From Chrysemys picta bellii (lineage: Eukaryota): DNA of 64,000 bases. Shown here one piece after another: positions 34,052-46,830 of the stretch. Each line of letters starts with the position of its first letter. The first letter of the stretch is position 1. The stretch lies in contig NC_088803.1 in NCBI RefSeq assembly GCF_011386835.1, forward strand, positions 12,152,001 to 12,216,000, read 5' to 3'. Made by a program: the position numbers and the translations under genes. Under the pieces are notes generated by a model. That model was not told the DNA's origin and made no database searches. It worked only from the letters and a program-made list of their open reading frames with translations.

Positions 34052-34341
34052 GGGTTGTCTCCATAGGAAAGTTAGATTGCACTAAGCTAAGGTGTGAATT
34101 TAAGCCAGTATAGTTATGCCAGTTTACTTCCCGGTGGAGATGCACTTATTCTAGTATAAGTGTTTAGCTGATGCCACTTGGGAAGGGATTAGTTTGAGTT
34201 AAAGAAAAAAAAAAGGCCATTCTTATTCTGGAATAAGAGTATCCACACAAGGAGTGCTACCAGTATAAGTATATTGGTTTAACTATACCAGTATAATTAT
34301 CCCAGGCTAACTGGTAAAACTTTCTCATGCAGTCATGTCCT
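34052..34341. mobile_element. Old Harbinger-type MITE
   Basis: It starts TAA|GGGTTGTCTCCATAG and ends with a degenerate reverse TIR followed by TAT/TTA. Confidence 0.45.
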
Positions 34342-35547
34342 TATTATTCAAGACAATGTTCATTTTTTCTTTGCTTTTTCAGTTTTTCTTTCTCCCCCAT
34401 TTCCCCCCAATTCAGTCTTGTTTTTCCTTTTCCTGTTTTGCTACTGAACTCTGTTGAAAATCTGTGATTTTGGAAAGTTTGTTTGTTTTGAAGAAGGTAC
34501 ATTACCAATAGGAATTTACTAAGTGTGTCAATAAAGCAATCAGACATGGGTTAAGGAGAGAGAATACATCTTGGCTTTAAGAACAAAAGAGATTGAAAAG
34601 ATTAGGAAGATTTAGGTGCCTAATTGACTTAGGAACCTCGTAAATTTTTCAAAAGTATTTAAGAGCCAAAGTCCCATTTTCAAAAGTGCCTTAGGGACAA
34701 TTTTTTAAAAGTATTTAGGTGCCTAGTGGGATTTTCAAAAGCATCTAGGCACCTAGATGCCTTTGAAAAGTCATTGATTTCATTGGGTGTTTGGCACCCA
34801 GATGCCTTTGAAAATCTGGCCTTAAGACACATTTGAAAATGGGACTTAGGCTCTTAATACTAAGTGCTATTAAAATTCAATAGAAATCAGTTTGCTACGT
34901 GTCTTAGGCACTTTGGAAAATAGGATTCAGGGTCCTAAATCAAATAGTGTTCTCTGGAAATTTTACTTTTAATTTGAGAAGAATGGTAGGGACGTTCAAA
35001 GGAATCTAGGGGAGTTAGGCAAACCAATTCCTTTGAAATTCAGTGGAATTTGGTTGTATAGCTGCCTTAGGCTCCTCTGACAATCCCTGCCAAAATGACA
35101 AAGAGGGAAAAAGAAAAGGTAAGTAAAATAAAGGATGGTATCAAATAGATCAGCCATGAACTTCTATTCACTCTTTTTCATAAAGCGTTGCCACTGAACT
35201 TTGTACTTAGCTCATTTAGGATTCATAGGAGGAAATATTTTTTACATCATGTGGATTGAGCCTGTGGAAACTCACTGCCTAAGTAAATTACGGACAGTAG
35301 GAGACAGAAAAAGATAATCCATTTCTGTGGGTACAAAGGTTATCCACACCTGCACTAGCTAGGTGAAAATGTCCAAAGAATATCAGCTTCCATGCTTCAG
35401 GGCATAAGTCATCAAGTAACTGCCGGGGGTTGGGGATAAACTTTCCCTAACATGGCTGGGATTTTCAAAGTTAGTTAGGCATCCAACTTAATTGAACATC
35501 AATGGGAGTTGGGCACCTATCTCTTGTAATTGTCCTCTTAAGGATTC

Positions 35548-37872
35548 TACATAAGAACATAAAAATAGCCATATTGGGTCAGAACAAAAGTCCATCTAGC
35601 CCAGTATCCTGTCTTCTGACAGTGGCCAATGCCAGCTGCCCCAGAGGGAGTGAACAGAACAGGTAATCATCAAGTGATCCATCCCCTGTCGCCCCTTCCC
35701 AGCTTCTGGCAAACAGAGACTAGGGACACCACCCCTGCCCATCCTAACTAATAGCTGTTGAACGACTTATCCTCCATGAATTTATCTAGTTCTTTTTTGA
35801 GCCCTGTTATACTCTTGGCCTTCATGACATCCTCTGGTAAAGAGTTCCATAGGTTGACTATGTGTGAAGAAATACGTTTTTTGTTTTTTTTAAACCTGCT
35901 GCCTATTAATTTCATTTGGTGATCCTTAGTTCTTGTGTTATGAGAAGGAGTAAATAACACTTCCTTATTTACTTTCTCCACACCAGTCATGACTTTATAG
36001 ACCTCTATCATATTCCCCCTTAGTTGTCTCTTTTCCACGCTGAAAAGTCCCAGTCTTATTAATCTCTCCTCATATGGAAGGTGTTCTATACCCCCAATAA
36101 TTTTTGTTGCCCTTTTCTGAACCTTTTCCAATTCCAATATATCTTTTTAAAGATGTAGCGACCACATCTGCATGCAGTATTCAAGATGTGGGCAAACCAT
36201 AGATTTATATAGCAGCAATATGATATTTTCTATCTTATTATCTATTGCTTTTGTGGGTAAAAAAAATCTTCAGAAGCATGGAGTGAAAATTACAGATAGA
36301 GGCATAAATATACTGGCACAAGAAGGGTAGGGAGTTACCTTACAAGTGGAGAACCAGTGTTGACAAGGCCAATTCAGCCAGGGTGGATGTGGTCCTTGCC
36401 CAATAATTGATGAGGAGGTGTCAATACCAAAAGAGGGAAAATGCTTTTGTAGTGAGCCAGCCATTCCCAGTCTCTATCAAGCCCAAATAATGGTGTTAAG
36501 TTTGCTTTTTGACTGCCGCTGCACATAGAGTGGATGTTTCCAGAGAACTATCCACAATGACTCCAAGATCTTTCTCTTGAGTGGCAACAGCTAATTTAGA
36601 CCCCATCATTTCATATGTATAGTAGGGATTATGTTTTCCAATGTGCATTACTTTGCATTTATCAATACTGAATTTCATCTGCCATTTTGTTGCCCAGTCA
36701 CCCAGTTTTGTGAGATCCCTTTGTAGCACTTCACAGTCTGCTTTGGACTTAACTATCTTGAGTAGTTTTGTATCATCTACAAATTTTGCCACCTCACTGT
36801 TTACCCCTTTTTCCAGACCATTTATGAATATGTTGAATAGGACTAGTCCCACTACAGACCCCTGGGTGACCCCACTATTTACCTCTCTCCATTCTGAAAA
36901 CTGACCATTTAATCCTATCCTTTGTTTCCTATCTTTTAACCAGTTATCAATCCATGAGAGGACCTTCCTTCTTATCCCATGACAGCTTACTTTGCTTAAG
37001 AGCCTTTGGTGAGGGATCTTGTTAAAGGCTTTCTGAAAATCTAAATACACTATATCCACTGGATACTCCTTGTCCACGTGCTTGTTGACTCCCCTCAATA
37101 ATTGTAGCAGATTGGTGAGGTATGATTTCCCTTTACAAAAACCACGTTGACTCTTCCCCATCAAGTTATGTTCATCTATGTGTCTGACAATTCTGTTTTT
37201 TGTTTACTAAACTTTCAACCAATTTGCCCTTTACTGAAGTCAGGCTTACAGGCCTATAATTGCCGGGATCACCTCTGGAACCCTTTTAAAAAATTGGCGC
37301 CACATTAGCTATCCTCCAGTCCTTTGGTACAGAAGCTGATTTAAATGATAGGTTACAAACCACAGTTCTGCAATTTCACATTTGAGTTCCTTCAGAACTC
37401 TTGGGTGAATAGCATCTGATCCTGGTGACTTAGTACTGTTTAATTATCAATTTGTTCCAAAACCTACTCTAATTACACCTCAATCTGAGACAGTTCCTAA
37501 GATTTGTCACCTAAAAAGAATGGCTCAATTTTGGAATCTTTCTCACATCCTCAGCTGTGAAGGCAGATGCAAAGAATTTGTTGAGTTTGTCTTCAATGGC
37601 CTTATTGTCCTTTAGTGCTCCTTTACCATCTTGATTGTCCAGTGGCCCACTGGTTGTTTAGCAGGCTTCCTGCTTCTGATGTACTTTAAAAAAATGGCTA
37701 TTACTTTTTGAGTCTTTGGCTTGCTATTCTTCAAGTTCTTTTTTGGCTTTCCTAATTATATTTTTACACTTCTCTTGCCAGAGTTTATGCTCCATTCTTT
37801 CTATTTTCTTCACTAAGATTTAACTTCCACTTTTTAAAGGATGCCTTTTTGCCTCTCACTGCTTCTTTTACA
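35548..37872 (-). mobile_element. About 2.3 kb of CR1 (RT domain and 3' tail), interrupted by a Penelope fragment
   Basis: ORFs 35748-36137 and 36496-37164 contain YLDFQKAF, SGVTQGSV, KFVDDTKL and NLWNSLP. The CATAAGAACATAA tail is at about 35548. Confidence 0.93.
36246..36500 (-). mobile_element. Older Penelope-like 3' fragment with a degenerate hammerhead
   Basis: The minus strand reads ...GLDRDWEWLAHYKS (ORF end), a 3' UTR, then CTGAAGA...ACCCACAAAAGC. The CR1 host is interrupted here. Confidence 0.65.
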
Positions 37873-38141
37873 TGCTCATCTATAGAATCGGATTCTGGCT
37901 ACTGATGGAGACAACATACAAGACAATAAGAAACTATCATTTGATGTGGTGTGGAAATTGTTACATTCCTGTTTCCTTACAACATTTTAAAATGAGTATT
38001 AACTTAGTCCTGGAAGAGTGGGGTGGGGGACTGAGTTTGCTTCTTGGCCATTTTAAGGTGAACTGGCTGAATATTGATTCTAGTTATGCTGGTATATTTG
38101 TATATTATTATTACTTTTCTTTATTGAGGTTGCTGCATTGA

Positions 38142-39107
38142 ATGGAGGAAAGAAAGTGGGGAAATCAGACGTTGATCAGAGAATTCATCCTCCTGGAATT
38201 GGGGAATATCGCTGAAGTGCAAGTTCTTCTCTTCCTGTTGTTTCTAGCGATCTACATTGTGACCATGGCTGGGAACATTCTGATCATTGCCCTAGTTATG
38301 GCTAATCGACGTCTTCATACCCCCATGTACTTCTTCCTGTGGAATTTGTCCTGCTTGGAGACCTGCTACAGTTCCACAATCCTTCCCAGGATGCTGGCCA
38401 GTCTCCTGACTGGGGAAAGAACCATTTCTGTTAGCGGCTGCATCACGCAACTTCATTTTTTTGGTTTCCTGGCAGCTACAGAATGTTACCTGCTAGCAGC
38501 GATGTCTTATGATCGGTATCTAGCAATATGCAAACCACTGCAATATGCCATCTGCATGAATGGTAGGAACTGCCTCTGGCTGGCGTCTGGGTCTTGGATC
38601 AGTGGATTTCTGGGCAGTACAATAATGACATTTTTGGTGTCAAAATTAACTTTCTGTGGCGCAAATGAAATTGACCATTTCTTTTGCGATTTCACCCCAA
38701 TGATTAAACTCTCCTGCAGTGACATCAGCCTGACCACCCTGGTGACCCTGATTCTTTCTTCCATGGAAACCCTGGTTCCATTTCTGTTAACCATGACATC
38801 CTATGTTTGCATCATAGTGACCATTCTAAGGATCCCTTCCACCAGCGGGAGGCAAAAGGCCTTTTCCACCTGCTCCTCTCACCTCGCCATGGTCACAATT
38901 TTTTATGGCACTATAATTATAGTCTATGTGATGCCAAAAAACAGTACACTGAGAGAGCTGAACAAAGTGTTCTCCGTCTTCTACACTGTCCTGACTCCCC
39001 TGGCCAACCCCCTCATCTACAGCCTGAGAAACAGAGAGGTCAAGGAGGCCCTGAGAAAATTTTACACTAAGTATCTTGCATTCTCATGTTTTAATGCATT
39101 GGAATAA
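38142..39107 (+). CDS. Olfactory receptor 3 (intact, 321 aa, inverted relative to the other four)
   Basis: It has NQT, LHTPMYFFLWNLS, MSYDRYLAIC, KAFSTCSSHL and PLIYSLRN. A candidate acceptor TTTTCTTTATTGAG has its AG at 38127-38128. Confidence 0.95.
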   Translation: MEERKWGNQTLIREFILLELGNIAEVQVLLFLLFLAIYIVTMAGNILIIALVMANRRLHTPMYFFLWNLSCLETCYSSTILPRMLASLLTGERTISVSGCITQLHFFGFLAATECYLLAAMSYDRYLAICKPLQYAICMNGRNCLWLASGSWISGFLGSTIMTFLVSKLTFCGANEIDHFFCDFTPMIKLSCSDISLTTLVTLILSSMETLVPFLLTMTSYVCIIVTILRIPSTSGRQKAFSTCSSHLAMVTIFYGTIIIVYVMPKNSTLRELNKVFSVFYTVLTPLANPLIYSLRNREVKEALRKFYTKYLAFSCFNALE

Positions 39108-39156
39108 TGAGTCTCGATTTATTAACCAGGAGGCACTATTTCGGACACCTCTAGCT

Positions 39157-39240
39157 CTGGCCAACCCCCCATCTACAGCCTGAGAAACAAAGAGGTCAAG
39201 GAGGCCTCAGAAAAGCCCTCAGTAAATTCATTGGACCAAA
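39157..39240 (+). pseudogene. Second, frameshifted copy of an OR 3' end just downstream of OR3
   Basis: CTGGCCAACCCCCCATCTACAGCCTGAGAAACAAAGAGGTCAAGGAGGCCTCAGAAAA matches OR3 39000-39059 (LANPLIYSLRN.EVKEALRK) with two 1-bp deletions. Confidence 0.8.
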
Positions 39241-40031
39241 TTCTCACCAGGTCTCCACATAAGTCAATGGAGCTATGCTGGTTAAACCAGCTGATTGGTT
39301 GGTCCATGGTGATCAGAAGACTTCAGATGGGCTTCATTAAATGAGAATTAATCCTTATGTTTTAAATAGTCTGGTTGGGCTGCATCTAGGTTGATGAACA
39401 CTCAAACCATCTGGCACCACCATAAGAGAATGTCAGGGTGTACTGAGTTCTCAGACAGCTGCATTGACTTTAGGGCAGGTATTTGCTTCTCTTATCACCT
39501 GTGGGGTACATGGGGTGGTTTGTGGGGGGCAGTGGGGGTCTCGGGGTGCAGAGGAGGCTAAATAATGAGCCCCACAATGTGGAGGATCTGAAACGGAGTA
39601 GATAAATCTGACCAAGATTGCAACAGACAAGATCCATTCTAGGGCTGAAGGTGCTAAATATAAAACTCGATGAAAAGATAATTTACCTGATGGATGTCCA
39701 TGGTGCTTGTCTATGTAGCATTTTAATATTTTGACTTATATTTCAATTATAATGAAACAAAAACAAAGACAAGTATATCACTTATTTGTTGTCTCTCTGT
39801 CTTTCCTTTCAGTTAATGAAATTCTCATAATATCTGCAGTTATGTGCATTAATTTTCAGACATCAGTTGTGGCAGTAGAGAAATCAAGACTGAAAAAGGT
39901 CAACAAGCAAAACAAAATGACACACACAGCACAAACATAAAATCTTCTCTCTATTCTGCACATTACAATTCACCAGCTCAAACCAGCATATACTTCAGCA
40001 AGCATTCAGCAAGTGGCATGGTGGTCTAAAT

Positions 40032-40167
40032 CACTGGTTTTCAACCTGTGGTCCGTGGACTCCTGGGGGTCCACAGACTACGTCTAAGATTTTCAAAAGG
40101 GGTCACACCTCCATTCAAACATTTTTAGGGGTGTGTAAATGAAAAAAAGAAAGGTTGAAAACCACTG
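40032..40167. mobile_element. Short hAT MITE
   Basis: The TIR is CACTGGTTTTCAACC / GGTTGAAAACCACTG, with a TSD GTCTAAAT/ATCTAAAT. Confidence 0.85.
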
Positions 40168-40970
40168 ATCTAAATACAAGGCTCTTGCTTTGAGGTCAGG
40201 AAATGCCAGCCTCAAATCCTTAGCCAAATCTAGCTGTTAGTAGGAAAGTTATTGCAAGATGAGAGATCTCCTCACAGATATACTCACCCAGATGTTTGAT
40301 GTAGGAATCAGTTAGTGAAATTCTACAGCCTCGTAAGGCTCCTTTCTACTGTTAAAATTGACAGGTGAAGTTGTGTCTTGGCTTTGACTTCAATGGGACC
40401 AAGATCACATGCTTTGACTCTACTGCCCACTGGACAAAGCCTGGCCCGTTAACCAAATCATGGGAGTGAAAGTTAGGAGAGTTGGAACATATGCTGGGTG
40501 TGACAGATATGGAATAATTTGTTAATCCCATATCACGTTGGCCTGGTTCTTCAATGGGGTTTTCTGCACAAATGTTTTTGATTCACTGCTTCTCAGTGGG
40601 GGTTAGGGCGAGTGGTTCAGGATGGTTCAGGCAAGATATAAAAACATACACCTGAGGTGCTTGGCTTTTGGGGAGAGGTCTCGGCATATGTTGAGGGGTG
40701 TGATTCCTGGACCCATCTCAATGTTGATTGGCCTAGGGGAGAGGAAAAATTGCCACCGGAAGGCCTGCCTGTACCTCCCAACACATGCTTGGGGTGGGAT
40801 TTATGCCACGACCTTAGCACTGATTGGCCAGGGGCATGCTAAGAGGGGTGTGAAATGTTTGATGGGGGTATGGAAAAGTTTGCCTTAGTGCATGAAAAAG
40901 TTTGACAGCTTGGGTTCACCTAAATTATTATTGTGTAATGGTTAATAAGGAGCAACAGAGGGTAATGATA

Positions 40971-41075
40971 GGGAAGGGGCAGCTATACTGTATAATGGGC
41001 ACTAGGGGGGAGCAGAGGGTGGGGGAGGGAAGGGGCGGCTATACTGTATAATGGGCATTGGGGCAGTGGGGGGTG
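40971..41075. repeat. Two-copy tandem duplication (about 54 bp)
   Basis: GGGAAGGGGC(A/G)GCTATACTGTATAATGGGCA occurs twice. Confidence 0.8.
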
Positions 41076-42500
41076 AGGGATCCGAAAGGATCAGCTATCT
41101 CATCAACTTAAGTGCATTTAGGATCAGATTCTGATCTCAATTCCACCTGAATATGGATCTCTGAAGTCAAAGCCTTTCCCTCCTGTTTCCATCAGTCTAA
41201 TTAAGGTCAGAATCCGACCTGTATCAGTGACATTGTACATACTGTTACATTTTCATTCCATCCACCCATTATAACATAGACAAATATCCTTCCAATAGTT
41301 AAAATCATGATTCATCACTATATTTCATGTTCTCCCCATGTAGTATTTCGTGAATTATTGTTTTGAAAAACAGTGCAATTATGAGAGACGCAAATAAGGA
41401 TCAGTGGGGATTGTTGCTAGCAAAGCTTTGGATGCACAACATTGTTAACGTGTTTTTAGATTTAGGTATGTCTGTGTGGTTAGCTAGGAAGAACAATTGT
41501 CTTCTTTGTTTTGTAGTGAGAAATATAGAGATAACCTTATTCATCCTCAAGAGCTGAAGCAAACAAACCAGTTCCCTTGAGGGAAAGAGATGACAACAAG
41601 AAGATGCTTTCAAAGAAGCATCCCACACAAAATGGTAGCTTCTGGGAAGCTGACATATGTAGTATTCCAATGTCCAAATGAATAATGATATAGACTATGG
41701 ATAAAATGTTCAAAACGCCAAAGTGATTTATGTGCTTAAGTCCTATTGTAAATCAATGGGATCTAGGCTATATGCACGTGTGTCTTTTCTAAAGCCCTAC
41801 CAGCCCTGCTATTGACCTAGGAATACCTAGCTTCTTTAGATGCCCGCACTGTGGTGTTATGTATATTACTCTGATTCCCCTTAAATTACTATCCACTATT
41901 AACAGAGGACCTTAGGACCTGCTGCAGTTCTTTCGATCTTCTATTTTCACAGGCCTTTGAGCCGTCTCAAAACAGTCCTGTAGGGTCAGTAGGAGATCAA
42001 GCCAAAATCATCAAAGTTAATAACTTTGGCATTGTCCCTTAAGGCTTTGTGGAAAGGTGGCTTATCTTTTCCTTCCTGACTGTATTTTTTTAAGACAGTT
42101 GCCTGTTGAGTTAACCCCATATTGTCATACAGAAAAAGAGTCTCAGTAACCAGGAACATATGACATTACTAAATTATTACAGAGCAGCTCCGGATCCATG
42201 CTCTAGTTGCACACCAGTTTCTTGGGATGTAGGGATCATTGAGTGAGACTCTCTGGCCTGTTTTATAGGGGAGGTTAGATTAGATGCTCATAGTGGTTCC
42301 TTCTGGCTTTTAAATATATGGATCTATGAACAAATGAAAGCCGCAGACACAAATGGCTTTGATTTCAGTGGTTTCTTAAGAGTGAGCCAAATTGACCAGG
42401 CCTATGACAGGGATCAAGACATCGAGTGACTGCCTTTTAGACTCAAAAACACAGCTCAGGTTATCACCTTTTAGTGTAACCTACATGAGTTAGCTCAGTG

Positions 42501-43457
42501 TCACCAAATTCTCACAAAAGCCACAAATCTATTGAGAGATTTCTTCAAAGCCTCCTTGACCTCTTTGTTTCTCAGGCTGTAGATGAGGGGGTTGACCATT
42601 GGAGTCAGGACTGTGTAGAAGACAGAGAACACTTTGTTCAGGTTTCTCAATGTATGTGTTTTTGGTACAACATACACCATGATTAGGGTCCCGTAGAAGG
42701 TTGTAACGACAATCAGGTGAGAGGAGCAGGTGGAAAATGCCCTTTGCTTCCCAGTAGTGGATGGGATTCTTATGATACTGACTATGATATAGATATAGGA
42801 TGTCAGGGTTAATAGAAACGGGGGAAAGATATCTATGGAAGCAAAACAGAAAGCAACAAGTTCTATCAAGTAGGTATCACCGCAGGACAGTTGGACCACT
42901 GGGGTGAAGTCACAAAAGAAATGATCAATTTTACTGGGACCACAAAAAGTTAATTGTGACATCAAACATATTAATATGGTGACAACCACAAAGGCAATGA
43001 TGCAAGACCCTGCTGCTAACTGGAGGCAAAACTTGCCATTCATAACAGTTCCATAATGCAGTGGTTTACATATAGCTAAATACCGATCATAAGACATCAC
43101 AGATAAGAGGTAACATTCTGCAGCTGCCAGGCCAGCAAAGAAATAATACTGTATAAAACAACCACTAACAGAAATGGTTCTGTCCCCAGTCAGGAGACTG
43201 GCCAGCTCCCTGGGCAGGATGGTGGAGGTGTAGCAGATCTCCAAGCAGGACAAAATCCCCAGGAAGAAGTACATGGGGGTATGAAGGTGCTGATCAGCCA
43301 CAACTAATGCTGCAATGAGGATGTTCCCAGCCAGGGTCACAATGTAGATCAGTAGAAAGAGTAGGAAGAGAAAGCTCTTCAGTTCAGGGAGTTTTCCAAA
43401 TCCCAGGAGGATGAATTCCTTGCCGGCCGTTTCATTTCCTAGTTCCATGTCTGCCAT
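42501..43457 (-). CDS. Olfactory receptor 4 (open frame, 318 aa)
   Basis: It has NET, LHTPMYFFLG, MSYDRYLAIC, RAFSTCSSHL and PLIYSLRN. An acceptor TTTGTTTTCTCTTCCAAAG (AG 43468-43467) precedes the ATG at 43457, so the extra 22 aa in the ORF track are probably intronic or 5' UTR. Confidence 0.92.
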   Translation of the reverse strand: MADMELGNETAGKEFILLGFGKLPELKSFLFLLFLLIYIVTLAGNILIAALVVADQHLHTPMYFFLGILSCLEICYTSTILPRELASLLTGDRTISVSGCFIQYYFFAGLAAAECYLLSVMSYDRYLAICKPLHYGTVMNGKFCLQLAAGSCIIAFVVVTILICLMSQLTFCGPSKIDHFFCDFTPVVQLSCGDTYLIELVAFCFASIDIFPPFLLTLTSYIYIIVSIIRIPSTTGKQRAFSTCSSHLIVVTTFYGTLIMVYVVPKTHTLRNLNKVFSVFYTVLTPMVNPLIYSLRNKEVKEALKKSLNRFVAFVRIW

Positions 43458-44867
43458 GGGTTCTACCTTTGGAAGAGAAAACAAACTGAACTGGCAGTTG
43501 AAGACCATCAGGGTACTTTTCAATATACTCCATCTATTTCATTGCACAAATTATTAGTCCCCCATTTCCCCTTGTGGTGATGTGTCCATACCGCTGATGC
43601 ATCATCTGACCTTCTGCTTTGGATTATGCATATTCTAGTTCCCCACCTTCACCAAGAAGAGATCAAACAAATTCTCTACCGATCCGTATCCCTGACAGAA
43701 CTCTGATAGTTTCATTTTTTATTCTCATTGGTACCCTAAACGCCTAATATTTTACAGCACAAACAATCTCCTAGGCTGATCATGTTTGGGTTTTGTTTTT
43801 CTTGTTTCAGGAGATAGACATTTACCATTATATACTAACAACCCTTAATGTCATCCATTTTTTAAAGGAGGATCGGACACAATTCTTCTAAGCTATTGAG
43901 TTGACCTCTCAATCCTGATCTCTTTCTTTATCTCCCTATCTCTCCCTTTTGATACACTGATTTCTCTCTTTACCATTTTTGAAGTGTTGATCATAATTAC
44001 ACTTAGGCATTAAAAAATGGAACACGAGAACTGCCATACAGTTCATACAGAAGATTGGAGGAGTGTTTTGATCAGTGTCCCATCCCTCACAATGTCAACA
44101 GACATTTTCTCCCAAGGAAATGCTGTTTTTTTAGTTGAAATAAAGTTAAAACCTCAAAACATTTTTTTAAATATTTATTGTTAGTTATTTTTGCTTTGGG
44201 CACTGAATTGGCTGAAAATTACTGAACATTTTTCAACCCCAAACCAAAACATTTTCTGTTTTTGCCTGAAAATGTTATCTTATTTTGTGTTTTTGCTGTT
44301 CCAAGTAAAAATGAAAGACTTTTGCAGGAAAGCAGACCTGTTTGGAGAAAGCTCAGTTTTCCGGTCTAGAAAACTTTGGATGTAAATCTTTGGACCAGTC
44401 TTAATGTCAACACAAGACTTGGATTTTGATTTGAATCATCAGAATATGCCCAAGTACATTAGATCATCTATAGTTTTATAAGAGAAATAAATACCTTTGT
44501 TTCAGGGTTTAAAGCAATGAATATCTGTCTGGGATTATGAAGAAGTGTGTTATATAATTCCTCTGCTTCCTCAGGAGCATTTGATACAGACCACTATCGA
44601 ACAGTCTGACCTTGCAGCTCATAAGATATGTCTGCACTGCATTATAAACCTGGGTGTGTAGGAGGACCTGGGCTTGTGGACTCAGTGTTTCCATGCCTGC
44701 ACTTGAGCATCCAGACTGCATTGCTTACAATGCCTGGACCTGAAATCATGTGCAGTCTGGACATACAGGCATAGGACTTCCCTGAAGTCATTCCTCTTTG
44801 AACTAGAGTAGATCTTTTAGAAAACCCAGACAAATTTATGTTAGCCTTCTCCTACTTTTTGCCTTTA

Positions 44868-45854
44868 CAATAACTCCTCACTTAACATAGTAGTTATGTT
44901 CCTGAAAAATGCTACTTGAAGTGAAACAAAGTTAAGCTATTCCAACTTCCCCATATGAATTAATGTAAATGGGGGGCGGGGTTAGGTTCCAGGGACATTT
45001 TTTTTTGCCAGACAAAAGATATATATATATATATATATATAAGTTTTAAACAAACAATTGAATACTGTACACAGAAATGATGATTGTGAAGCTTGGTTCA
45101 GGTGGTGAAGTCAGAGGGTGGGATATTTCCCAGGGAATGCCTTACCGCTAAATGATGAACTAGCATTTGGCTGAGCCCTCAAGGGTTAACACATTGTTGT
45201 TAACGTAGCCTCACACTCTACCAGGCAGCACGAATGGAGGGAGGGGAGACAGCATGGCAGAGAGAGACAGAGATACACACTGTGTGTGTGTGAGACAGAC
45301 ACGCCTTGCCCCTTTAAGTATGCTTACCCCACTCTAAGTACACTGCATTTTTAAGTAGATCATTATGTTAAGACAGCAGGTGCTGCCAGCAAGTTCCCTG
45401 TGTCCTGAGCCCTGTTGTGTCGTCTCCCCGCTCTGAGGAGATAAAGGTACAGGAGCGGGGGCAGGAGTGGGGGGAGGAGGACACCCTGACATTAGCACCC
45501 CTCTTCCTCCCCAGGCAGGGAGCTCCCAGGCAGAGGACGGGAGCAGCACATGGCAGTGCGGAGAGGGAAAGTTGAACTGCCCTGCAATTAATAGCCTGCT
45601 GGATGGATGCCACACAGGGAACTTAGGGGAGCAGGGAGCTGATAGGGGGGCTGCCAGTCCACCCTGGTTCCAAGCCCCCACCAGCTAGCTCCAACGGGCT
45701 GCTCCTCCTCCTGAAAGCAGTGGACAAAGCAGAGAGCTGCCAAACAAGTTATAAGGGAGCATTGCGAAACTTTAAACCACCATGTTCTCTAATTGATCAT
45801 CAAAGTAACAATAAATCAACATTAACCGGGATGACGTTAAGTGAGGAGTTACTG
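44868..45854. mobile_element. Non-autonomous Tc1/mariner (Tigger/pogo-like) element in OR4 intron 1
   Basis: The TIR is CAATAACTCCTCACTTAAC / GTTAAGTGAGGAGTTACTG, with a TA TSD on both sides. Confidence 0.88.
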
Positions 45855-46506
45855 TAATTCTTTTTCTTTTTTCTCTAGACGTTCAGGGTTGTGTCTCCAT
45901 CCCAGGGTCAAGATATCCAGAAGGTTTGATTTAAATGGGATTGCACCCAATCTGCTATTATAGCTAGAGTTTTTAGCTCAGTGTTCTGGATTAAAAAAAA
46001 ATATTTTGACTCTGCAGGGAGTCTATAGTGATGACAGAAATAAAGACAGACAGAGGAAACAGGGGAGCAGAGAGGTGTATGGAAATGGTTAGATAGATGG
46101 ATCGATTGATAGATGTGTATGGGGAAAGAAAGAAAGATCCCCGTACACATCTATCTACCTCTGAACCCTTCTGTATGTTTTACTGACCTGCTTGACATGT
46201 GTATCTTCTTTTAATTCAATTTCATATAATAATGGAATTATTCCTCATTTTAGTCTGGTCCATGAAATTATTCATATCAGTCAATTATTCACATTCTTCA
46301 ACATTCACAGTGATTCCGGAGAAGAAGAAGCATGATAAGACATAGCTTTGACACAACACATTGAATATTCCTAGCCTGTTAAAGACCATTCCTGGCCCAT
46401 TAAAGACCTTTCTTCCCCAACACCCCAGTGAGGGAAGCCTTAGCTCACGTTTGCCACTTCAAAATCCCATGATTTAATTGAAACAGAAATGGTGGAAATG
46501 TTTTAC

Positions 46507-46830
46507 CTTTAAATCTGTTCTATGCAAGGCTGATTTTCGGATACCGTCCCTTTCCCCAGTGATTCAGAGACCAGGATACTGGTTCTGCAGTTTATCTTCT
46601 TCCATCATCTGCTTCACGTTCTTCAACAGTGCCAGGAAAGAGATCTACTATGAATATTCTATATGATGCTATTTGCCTTGTGCCCAGTTCCTACAAGAGA
46701 GACCCTCTCCAGATTTCTCTTTTATCCCTTCTGTGGGAAGGTGACATCTCCCTTGATGCTTACCTTGATTAATGAGAAGGAAAACTCAACACACTAGTGC
46801 TGTAGATGGTACAAACACCAGAGGGAATGG
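46507..46830 (-). promoter_or_regulatory. Putative promoter and non-coding exon 1 of OR4 (more diverged)
   Basis: Donor CAGATTTAAAG|GTAAAA (exon end 46507), O/E-like TCCCTTGA at 46749-46756 and TAATGA at 46770-46775. Motif order and spacing are similar to the other modules. Confidence 0.5.

Noticed and set aside
34600-34970. Repeated GATTTTCAAA...TAGGCACCTA palindromes (also about 12840-13050 and 57270-57700)
   Set aside because: They recur several times in the window as old interspersed palindromic MITE-like repeats. Boundaries and family could not be supported, so they are not listed as features.
43458-43523. Long N-terminal extensions of OR4 (and OR1 to 10552, OR2 to 20873) in the ORF track
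   Set aside because: They start at non-ATG codons and span polypyrimidine-tract and acceptor sequence.
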